A stretch of DNA of 64,000 nt from an uncultured Solirubrobacteraceae bacterium (GTDB lineage: Bacteria > Actinomycetota > Thermoleophilia > Solirubrobacterales > Solirubrobacteraceae), in the NCBI GenBank assembly GCA_964588985.1, contig CAZPQW010000003.1, forward strand, positions 64,001-128,000. Reading direction: 5' to 3'. The notes under the pieces are model-generated. The model did not search any database, was not told the DNA's origin, and saw nothing but the letters and a program-made list of their open reading frames with translations. The position numbers and the translations under genes were made by a program. Below, piece by piece: positions 1 through 7,710 of this stretch; within the stretch, counting starts at the first letter, position 1, and every line of letters begins with the position of its first letter.

Positions 1-19
1 GCAGGCGGCGCTCCACGCG

Positions 20-781
20 TTGGCGGGATCGATTCGCGAGCGCGGCGTCCTGCAACCATTGCTCGTGCGTCCCCGTCCGGGCGGCAGGTACCAGATCGTC
101 GCCGGGGAGCGGCGCTGGTTCGCCGCTCAGATCGCCGGCCTCGAGACGATCCCCGCTCTGCTGTGCCCATACGACGACGCCGCCACGCTCGAAGTGGCGC
201 TGATCGAGAACATGGCGCGCGAGAACCTCAACGCCGTGGAGCAGGCGCGCGCCTGCCAGACACTGGTGGAGCTCGGCCTCACACACCAGCAGATCGGAGA
301 GCGCGTCGGGCTGAGCGCCAGCGCGGTCGCGAACCTGAGGCGCCTGCTGAACCTGTCCGAGGAGATCCTTCGGCTCATCGAGCGGGACGAGTTGGGCGTG
401 GCCCACGGACGGGCGCTGCTGGTCGCGAAGGATGCCGGGGTACGGGAGGAATTGGCCGCCAAGGCCGTCAAAGAGAGATGGAGGGTGCTGAGGCTCGAAG
501 CTCGCGCCCGCGAAAGCAACGACGATGTCGCTCCCCCCGACGAGAAGCCGCAAGCGCAGCGGGAGCCTCGCATCGGATCCGATGAGGAGCAATACCTCGA
601 CGAGGCCACGCTCGCGGCTGCCACGGCATGGGGCGATCTGGTGGGGATCGAAGTTCGCGTCCGCCCGATGGCCCGCGGGCGGGTGCGCCTGGAGGTCCAG
701 TTCAACTCCCCACAGGCGGCGATCGAGGCGGCCGCACGGCTGGCCGAGGCGGTATCCGGCTCGGAGGGGCCATCTCGATGA
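20..781 (+). CDS. ParB/RepB/Spo0J family protein (5' end may lie outside the window)
   Basis: SIRERGVLQPLLVRP, YQIVAGERRW, ALIENMARENLN motifs plus HTH. Confidence 0.85.
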   Translation: MAGSIRERGVLQPLLVRPRPGGRYQIVAGERRWFAAQIAGLETIPALLCPYDDAATLEVALIENMARENLNAVEQARACQTLVELGLTHQQIGERVGLSASAVANLRRLLNLSEEILRLIERDELGVAHGRALLVAKDAGVREELAAKAVKERWRVLRLEARARESNDDVAPPDEKPQAQREPRIGSDEEQYLDEATLAAATAWGDLVGIEVRVRPMARGRVRLEVQFNSPQAAIEAAARLAEAVSGSEGPSR

Positions 782-1533
782 CGGCCGAATACGTACCCGC
801 ACACGCCATAGAGCGGGCACGAATGCTCGCATGGACCACCGCCGTGGGCGCGATCACAGCCGAGGCGTTGTCGAAGCGCGACGCGCTCAGTGTCGCCACA
901 GCCAAAGACCGCTTGGACGAGGCCGTCGGGTTGGGGCTGCTGGAGCGGCACGCGCTGCTCGTCGGCTACTCCGATCTCTACACCGTCACAGGCCCTGGAC
1001 GGACGGAGGCCCGCAGGCACTCCGACGCCGGTGGGTACACCTATCCGGAGGGGCTGCGCACGGCTCGGGCCACGATCAGGGATGCCCGACACACGATCGC
1101 GTGCGCAAGCGTGATGGCAGGCTTGGAACGCGCCTACCCCGACTGTCGCGTAATCGCCGAGCGCGAGCTCCATCGCGAGGAGCACGCTCAGCAACGTCGC
1201 CTGGGGAGTGTCAGCGTCCGACGTTACGGGCAGACGCGTTCCCACTACCCCGACATCGTGATCTGGCCGCCTCCCACGGCTGGAGGCCCGCCGCCGTTGC
1301 CGATCGCGGTGGAGGTCGAGCTGACGATGAAGTCCAAGGAGGAGCTGACCGCGATCTGCCTCGCGTTTGCCCGCAGCCGCGATATAGAGGCGGCCGTCTA
1401 CTTCGCCGAGACGACCAGGTTGAAGGAAAGACTCCTGCATACGGTCGAACGGTTGAATGCGGAGGAGATGATCGTGGTCGTTCCCCTGAGCGCGATCGTC
1501 GAGTCACTGCCCGGCTTTGAGCTCGGGGCGTAG
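778..1533 (+). CDS. wHTH + PD-(D/E)xK protein, replication-relaxation-like
   Basis: ATGA overlap with ParB stop; HYPDIVIW...IAVEVELTMKS nuclease-fold motif. Confidence 0.6.
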   Translation: MTAEYVPAHAIERARMLAWTTAVGAITAEALSKRDALSVATAKDRLDEAVGLGLLERHALLVGYSDLYTVTGPGRTEARRHSDAGGYTYPEGLRTARATIRDARHTIACASVMAGLERAYPDCRVIAERELHREEHAQQRRLGSVSVRRYGQTRSHYPDIVIWPPPTAGGPPPLPIAVEVELTMKSKEELTAICLAFARSRDIEAAVYFAETTRLKERLLHTVERLNAEEMIVVVPLSAIVESLPGFELGA

Positions 1534-1769
1534 CGGGAATGCCGACGCTCGCGTTGCCTTCCGCCTGACCCGTCGCGAGTTCGACAGCTTGATATCACAG
1601 GATGTGACATCAAGATCCCAGCATGGGGCTTTGGGCGCGTTTGGCGAGGGTCCTTCAGTTCGCGTAAAGCACCTAGGCGGCCTTGTAGTCGGCGATGATG
1701 CCCTGCAGCTCCCGGTCGCATCGCCGGGTGAGCGGGCCTCGTCGAACGCGACACTTTGTTGATGGGTGA

Positions 1770-2195
1770 CTATTGAGATGACCGTTGCAGGATCGTCTCG
1801 GCGAACTCGACCAGGTGTCGGGCTTGGCGCAATGAGCGCTTGAGCTCGGGAGCGGTGATGCTGATGAATCCGTAGTGCGCGGTGTCCTTGAGGTTCAACA
1901 TCTGGCGCAGATGGCTGGCGGCTCGCTTGCCGCCTGGGGTGATCTGCTCGATGAGTGTCTCGGCGTTATGGTGATCATCAGAGCGGGAGCGCCTGCCCAA
2001 CTCCTGGCAACAGGAGGCGTCGGCCGCAGCTATCCCGGCGAGGATTGCCACCGATGCGGCGACACTTGCGTATTCGAGCGAGAGGTCGTTAACGTCGGCT
2101 TGTGAGTTCGGCGACTTCGAGAAAGCTCTGTGCCTGAGTCGCTGGCGCGCCTGCGGTGCGCCGCAGGCCTGTGTCCTGTTACGTGCCTGCGACAT
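1770..2195 (-). CDS. HEPN-like protein (putative toxin of an MNT-HEPN pair)
   Basis: AILAGIAAADA...DDH...LNLKDTAHYG pattern; TGATG overlap with upstream nucleotidyltransferase. Confidence 0.6.
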   Translation of the reverse strand: MSQARNRTQACGAPQARQRLRHRAFSKSPNSQADVNDLSLEYASVAASVAILAGIAAADASCCQELGRRSRSDDHHNAETLIEQITPGGKRAASHLRQMLNLKDTAHYGFISITAPELKRSLRQARHLVEFAETILQRSSQ

Positions 2196-2812
2196 CACAC
2201 ATCTCGAAGCAGCACTTTGGTGGGCTCTCCGGCGAGATCGATCGCGTCCCGTCGGACCTGCTCGAGAATGGGTGGACCTTCGCTGTACTGGCGACGCATG
2301 TCTGCCTCGGGCACCTCGGCGATGCCCGCGTGGTTGCCGGTCCACTGTCTGACACGGTCGGCCAGGTCGTCGATCTGCCTTCGCCAGGTCTCGTCCTCAG
2401 CGCTGATGCCCATGGGGCGGATGATGAGCAGGTCGATGTCGCTGTCCGCGTCTCCGTCGCCGCGTGCTGTGCTGCCGAACAGCGAGGCGTGCATGGCGGG
2501 CGTTTCCCAGCTGCCGATCTGCTCTCGCAGACGACGGATGAGCTCCGTTCGTGCGCCTGCCATCTGTTCGACGGTGCCCGCGAGCAGGTGGCGGCGGTTG
2601 AGCGTGTAGAGCCGGGTGCGACCGCTGTATAGGCAATCCACGAGGCCATGGTCGACGAGGCGATCCAGCACGTGCTGCACACCGGTCTTCGAGCGTCCGG
2701 CGCGACGTGCGATCTCCCGGCCGCTGCGCGGCTCGCTGGATCCGGCGAGCACAGCCAGGACGTCGAGGTCCACGCTTGGGGAAAGGGCTATGAATGGCTT
2801 GGAGACGTTCAT
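2195..2812 (-). CDS. HTH + minimal nucleotidyltransferase (MNT)
   Basis: N-terminal HTH (SGREIARRAG); LFGSTARGDGDADSDIDLL pol-beta NTase motif. Confidence 0.85.
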   Translation of the reverse strand: MNVSKPFIALSPSVDLDVLAVLAGSSEPRSGREIARRAGRSKTGVQHVLDRLVDHGLVDCLYSGRTRLYTLNRRHLLAGTVEQMAGARTELIRRLREQIGSWETPAMHASLFGSTARGDGDADSDIDLLIIRPMGISAEDETWRRQIDDLADRVRQWTGNHAGIAEVPEADMRRQYSEGPPILEQVRRDAIDLAGEPTKVLLRDV

Positions 2813-2937
2813 CTGTAATGACATCCCGGGCGACGGTGCTTACGGTTGCCATATCATGGCCTAAATAAAGGCCAACTGGCCTAAATATAGTATATATCTC
2901 GCAGCCCCTCGGCAATACGCCCGCGCTCCGACTGAAG

Positions 2938-2951
2938 CGTACGTATGTTCG
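2938..2951. promoter_or_regulatory. LexA (SOS) box, one mismatch
   Basis: CGTAC-GTAT-GTTCG vs consensus CGAAC-N4-GTTCG, ~40 bp upstream of dinB. Confidence 0.65.
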
Positions 2952-2988
2952 TATCTGCCGCCGGTCGCGGCGCTAGATTCGGCGGGTC

Positions 2989-4101
2989 GTGTGCGCTGCC
3001 GAATCCGCTCTGAACGTGGCCCACCTGGACGCGGACGCGTTCTACGTGTCGGTCGAGCTGCGCCGCCATCCGGAGTTGCGCGGCAGGCCGGTGGTGGTGG
3101 CGGGCAGCGGACCGCGTGCTGTCGTGACGACCGCGAGCTACGAGGCACGGCGCTTCGGGGTCGGATCGGCGATGCCGGCGTCGCGCGCGCGGCGCCTGTG
3201 TCCGGAGGCGGTGTTCCTGCCGCCGGACTTCGCCACATACCGCGAAGCCTCAGCGCACGTGATGGGGATCGTGCGCGAGCACGTCGAGCGGGTGGAAGTG
3301 GTGGGCCTCGACGAGGCGTACCTCGACCTCACGGGCCTGTTCTCGCCGCGCGCGGCGATGCGGCGGCTGCTGGCGGAGATCAAGGCGGCGACCGACCTTA
3401 CGTGCTCGGTGGGCATCGGACCGAACAAGCTCGTCGCGAAGGTCGCCTCCGACGCGGAGAAGCCGGCGGGCTTCGTGGTGCTCGACCGCGAGCAGGCATG
3501 CGCGCGCTTCGCCGCCTCGCCACCGGGGCTGGTTCCGGGGATCGGCCCGAAGACCGCCGCGCGCCTGGCCGAGATGGGGCTCGAGACGCTCGCCGCGGTC
3601 GGCGCCGCCCCCGAGGAGCTGCTGATGCAGCGCTTCGGCCCGAACCTCGGGCGCGAGCTCGGTCGAAGGGCGCGCTTCGAACACGACGGAGAGATCGGCG
3701 CGGCGCGGAAGGTCGTGTCCGAGTCGCGCGAGCGGACGTTCGACACCGACATCAGCGACCCCACCGAGCTGAGAGCGCTGCTGAGAAGGATGTCCGTGGA
3801 GCTGTGCGAGAGCCTCGCGGCCCATGGGCGCCAGGGCCGCACGATCGGCATCAAGGTGCGCCTCAGCGATTTCACGACCGTCACAAGGGCGCGCACGCTG
3901 AAGGAGGCGACGAGCGACCCGCAGGTGGTGACCGCCGAGGCACTGCGGCTGTTGGATGGCTACGCCCCTCCGCGCCCTGTGCGGCTGCTCGGGGTGCGGG
4001 TGGCTGGGCTCGGCGGCGACTCGAAGGCCTCAGGGGACGGCCAGGAGTCGAACCTCGATTCAGATAGTGGAGAGCGCCTGCAGTTGGCGCTCCCGGTGTA
4101 G
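2989..4101 (+). CDS. dinB: DNA polymerase IV
   Basis: HLDADAFYVSVE, ASYEARRFGV, GLDEAYLD, PNKLVAKVASD, little-finger RLLGVRV. Confidence 0.95.
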   Translation: MCAAESALNVAHLDADAFYVSVELRRHPELRGRPVVVAGSGPRAVVTTASYEARRFGVGSAMPASRARRLCPEAVFLPPDFATYREASAHVMGIVREHVERVEVVGLDEAYLDLTGLFSPRAAMRRLLAEIKAATDLTCSVGIGPNKLVAKVASDAEKPAGFVVLDREQACARFAASPPGLVPGIGPKTAARLAEMGLETLAAVGAAPEELLMQRFGPNLGRELGRRARFEHDGEIGAARKVVSESRERTFDTDISDPTELRALLRRMSVELCESLAAHGRQGRTIGIKVRLSDFTTVTRARTLKEATSDPQVVTAEALRLLDGYAPPRPVRLLGVRVAGLGGDSKASGDGQESNLDSDSGERLQLALPV

Positions 4102-4273
4102 GGCGCCGATCGCCTCGCGATTGCCGGCGCCGCTTAAGTAACGGGTTGACTTCAGCACCATTTGCGGCTGGCTGTCTCTGACTTTTCGCCTCGCGAGTTG
4201 CGGAAAACCCCTGCTCTGGAGCCAGTTCCGGATATCGGACTTTCCCAAACTCTCGACTTTAGGGTTCTGACTG

Positions 4274-4303
4274 TTGCGAACCTGCGCAGTCGTTTGCTAG
4301 ACC
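4274..4303 (+). promoter_or_regulatory. putative sigma70-type promoter of secreted cassette 1
   Basis: TTGCGA-N18-TAGACC with extended -10 TG; same signature at 40236 and 50654. Confidence 0.5.
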
Positions 4304-4376
4304 GTGAAGTGTCCCGTTTGGCCGAGCTGGCCAGATGATGACATCCCTAGGCTCCGGAGCGCATGTCCTCGCGACT

Positions 4377-4447
4377 CCGCTCCGGAGCCGGAATCAAGAC
4401 CCCCTGGTATCGGCCAGGGGAACAACAACAGGAGCGTACAACGATGC
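4377..4447 (+). promoter_or_regulatory. conserved leader motif, copy 1
   Basis: CCGC..GGAGCCG..hairpin(CCCCTGG/CCAGGGG)..ACAACAACAGGAGC..ACGATGCG; related copies at 40354, 47111, 63541. Confidence 0.5.
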
Positions 4448-4646
4448 GAGTGTCGCGTCCAGGGTATGTGTCTGTCTTGTGGGGAGCGGGTTCGGCGACC
4501 GTCCGAGGACCGGAGTGCGCGCGAAAGCGATTATCGCGTGCACCAACCGGAAACGGGGGGTTGCGCCACCCGCGTCAATCAAACAGGATCAGTCGCATTG
4601 ATGGACTCTGTGCTCGCATCGTGCTCCGTAAGTCAAGGAGCATCAC

Positions 4647-5387
4647 ATGAATCGCATCAGAGTAATTGGGCTCGCACTGATCGCCGTGTTCGCGTTTGGC
4701 GCAGCCGCAGCCTACGCTACGGAAGGGCCGTGGTGGCAGGTTGGGGGCAAAAGACTTGCTGCGGGCGCAGAAGCCTTACTGTTAGCGTCAGCCAAGGAAA
4801 AGTTTGTCCTCAAATCTTCGTCTCCCACCAAAACGACAATCATTTGTACCAAGTTGACCCTGCCGGTCGCTAACGAGATGCAAATCATTGGGTTAGCGTC
4901 TGGGAATGGCGGCATAAGCCTAGAGGTTCTCGAATACAAAGAATGCGAAGTGGAAAACAACGGGACTGGATGTGAAGTCGAAAACAAATCGATCAAAACG
5001 TCCTTAATTCTGAACTTACTTGGATATGGAAACGAAGGCAAGACCGGCAACGTGTTAGTGCTTTTTGAGCCGGCGACTGGTAAAGTATTTACTACTATCA
5101 AATTTGTAGGGTCATGTACCGTGACTTCGCTTCCGGTGTTGGGAAGTACGATTGGCTTGGCTAGAGTAGGTGAAGAACCGGTTCCGATCGGTAATAAAAC
5201 CGAAACGCTACATGGGGAAGTTGCCTTCCCGCATGCTGAAACTATCTTTATTGAAAGAAATAAAATACTGAAAAGCGTGAAAGCAAAACTCGAAGCTGCC
5301 ACCTTCCCAGCCACGTTGAGTGGTGTGGCGTTATTGTTAGTAGATTTACTTGGTGGGCCCGCGAATCCTTGGGGTGTATTTAGCTAG
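4647..5387 (+). CDS. secreted Cys-containing beta-rich protein (small subunit of cassette 1)
   Basis: Signal peptide MNRIRVIGLALIAVFAFGAAAAYA, AAGGAG RBS, 4 Cys, AT-rich codon usage. Confidence 0.85.
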   Translation: MNRIRVIGLALIAVFAFGAAAAYATEGPWWQVGGKRLAAGAEALLLASAKEKFVLKSSSPTKTTIICTKLTLPVANEMQIIGLASGNGGISLEVLEYKECEVENNGTGCEVENKSIKTSLILNLLGYGNEGKTGNVLVLFEPATGKVFTTIKFVGSCTVTSLPVLGSTIGLARVGEEPVPIGNKTETLHGEVAFPHAETIFIERNKILKSVKAKLEAATFPATLSGVALLLVDLLGGPANPWGVFS

Positions 5388-5466
5388 TGGGATAGTCGGT
5401 GGTGTGGAGTCGTGGTATGCCGTGCGGCTCCGCACCCGTTTAGGTTCATGCGCAAGGGAGTGTGTG

Positions 5467-7710
5467 ATGAGGGGATCGCTTGCAGCGCTGCGTGGTGTAG
5501 TCGGTGTTTTGGCTTTGGCATTTGTGTTGGGATTGATGGGCGTCGTGGAGGAGAGAGCCGTGGCTTCGCCGGGCTGTGCGAACACCGGATATGAAGGGTT
5601 TGAGGAATTGCTTCCTGGGTGTGGAGCGTATGAGCGCGTCACCCCACCGTTCAAGGCTGGGTCTCAGGTGCTGACTCGCGCGATATCCGGAGACGGCTCT
5701 CGTGTTGTGACCGAATCGACTGGTATCTTCGCGGGAGAGGAAGGGGATAGCAGGACCGCGTTCTATGAAAATGTGCGGTCGGGGGCTGGATGGGTGACAG
5801 CGGCGCTCGATCCATCGTCGCTCTCGTACCCTGCTCAAGAACTGGAAGACGTGAGTGCGGATTTGAGTCGTAGCCTCTGGGTCCTGCGCAGTCCCGCGGA
5901 ATCGGCCGCGAGTGAGAATTTGGCTATACGTGAACCGGACGGATCGTTCGTGACTATCGGGCCTATGGTGCCGCCAGCGGAGGCAGCAGGCCCGGAGGCG
6001 GGGGAAACACAGGGGTTCGCCGATGCCACGGAGCTGCAATATGCGAGTGCTACGTCGAATTTGTCACGCGTGTTCTTTGAGATCCGGGGCGCCGGGCCAA
6101 AATGGCCCGGCGACACCACGCAAGCCAACAATGGCACGGAGTCGCTGTATGAGTACGTGGATAAAGGCGAAACGGAACCAAGACTCGTAGGCGTCAACGG
6201 GGAAGGGCTGCTGATCAGCAACTGTGGCTCGGCGCTTGGATCCATCGATCTCAGTGGCCTAGAAACGGCAGACGGATATAACGCAGTATCTGAAGACGGC
6301 GAAAGTGTTGCCTTCACGGCCGCGGGTCATCAGGGAGGGAACGGATGTAAAGCAACCAGTAATGCGCCTGAAGTAAATGAACTGTATGTGCGAGTGGGAC
6401 TTGATGCGGGGGCTCGTACGGTGGCGATCTCTGAGCCGACAGCGCTGGATTGCGTTGTGTGTCAGTCGTCCGCTACGCAGGCCAGCGCCGAATTTCAAGG
6501 TGCTTCAAAGGACGGGTCGGAGGTGTTCTTCCTCACAGAACAAGAACTATTTAAAGAAGCAACTGGCAAGAACTTGTATGAGTACGATTTTGATAATCGG
6601 CCGGGCCATAAGATCATCCGCGTGTCGGTTGGAGCCAAGGAACCTGAAGTTCTAGGTGTAGCGCGGGTTTCTGAGGACGGTTCGCATGTCTATTTTGTCG
6701 CGCAGGGTGCGTTGACAGTCGGTCCGAACGCGGAAGGAGCCGAACCCATACCAGGCGAGCCGAACTTGTACGTGTTTGAGCGCGATACTACCTACCCAAC
6801 AGGTCATCTAACCTATATCGCAACGCTATCCGCCGAAGATCATGCAGATTGGAGCGAAACGGATAACCGTCCAGTGCAAGCAACGCCGGATGGTCGGTTC
6901 GTGGTGTTTCAAAGCCTAGCGGATTTGACTTCAGGCGATGCGAGCTCCGTCACACAGGTGTTTGAGTACGATGCACTGAAAGAAGAACTAGTGAGGGTGT
7001 CGATAGGTGAGCCAGGGTACGCGGCAGGACAGCAAAGCGCAGAACAGAGCGCGTCAAGGATCCCTAGACAGCGGTTTTTCAAAGCAGTCTCTGTGGCACA
7101 AGCGACAAGTAACGTGGCGATCGCGGAAAATGGGTCGGTGGTGGTATTTGGGAGCAGAGGGGGGCTGACGGCACAGGCTGCGCCAGCAAGCGAAGCAGGT
7201 AGTGAAAGTCTGTATGAGTATCGGAGTAGCGGTGGTATGATCTCGCATGGAAAAGTGTACCTGCTCGACGGAAGTCCTGGATTCAATGCGATTGCGGTCG
7301 GAACAGATGCTTCGGGATCAGATGCATGGTTGTCGACGGAAGCGCCGTTGGTGCCTTCGGACAGTGATACTCAGGTTGATTTGTTCGATGTGCGAGATGA
7401 TGGCGGGTTTGCGCGCGTGATAGAAGGTGATTGCAGGAAGGCGCTGGGTGGGTGTCACGGTGTAGATGGGGAAATCCCGAGTTTTGGGGGAGTTGAAAGT
7501 CTGGGTGTGCCGGAAGGCGAAGCGCCAGTAATGCCTCTGCGGTCGGCGCCTACCTTGGGGCCGGTGTCGGGGTCGAGGAATGCGCGGAGGCTCGCTAGAG
7601 CCTTGAAGGCCTGTGGGAGAAGAAGGCCTGGTCGAGAGCGGCGCGCTTGCGAAGCATCTGCTCGGCGACGATTCAGAAGTGTGAAGGTGACGAAAGCGCG
7701 AGGTGAGTGA
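5467..7710 (+). CDS. secreted beta-propeller (TolB/PD40-like) protein with basic Cys-Cys tail
   Basis: Signal peptide; repeated S-x-DG-x-x-V-x-F blades; C-terminal LARALKAC...RACEASARRRF. Confidence 0.8.
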   Translation: MRGSLAALRGVVGVLALAFVLGLMGVVEERAVASPGCANTGYEGFEELLPGCGAYERVTPPFKAGSQVLTRAISGDGSRVVTESTGIFAGEEGDSRTAFYENVRSGAGWVTAALDPSSLSYPAQELEDVSADLSRSLWVLRSPAESAASENLAIREPDGSFVTIGPMVPPAEAAGPEAGETQGFADATELQYASATSNLSRVFFEIRGAGPKWPGDTTQANNGTESLYEYVDKGETEPRLVGVNGEGLLISNCGSALGSIDLSGLETADGYNAVSEDGESVAFTAAGHQGGNGCKATSNAPEVNELYVRVGLDAGARTVAISEPTALDCVVCQSSATQASAEFQGASKDGSEVFFLTEQELFKEATGKNLYEYDFDNRPGHKIIRVSVGAKEPEVLGVARVSEDGSHVYFVAQGALTVGPNAEGAEPIPGEPNLYVFERDTTYPTGHLTYIATLSAEDHADWSETDNRPVQATPDGRFVVFQSLADLTSGDASSVTQVFEYDALKEELVRVSIGEPGYAAGQQSAEQSASRIPRQRFFKAVSVAQATSNVAIAENGSVVVFGSRGGLTAQAAPASEAGSESLYEYRSSGGMISHGKVYLLDGSPGFNAIAVGTDASGSDAWLSTEAPLVPSDSDTQVDLFDVRDDGGFARVIEGDCRKALGGCHGVDGEIPSFGGVESLGVPEGEAPVMPLRSAPTLGPVSGSRNARRLARALKACGRRRPGRERRACEASARRRFRSVKVTKARGE

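Noticed and set aside
1640-1765. Possible decayed gene tail on the minus strand (RELQGIIADYKAA*VLYAN*)
   Set aside because: Too short and interrupted to assign a family.
5350-5466. N-terminal extension of the propeller gene overlapping the subunit gene
   Set aside because: RBS and signal peptide support a start at about 5467.
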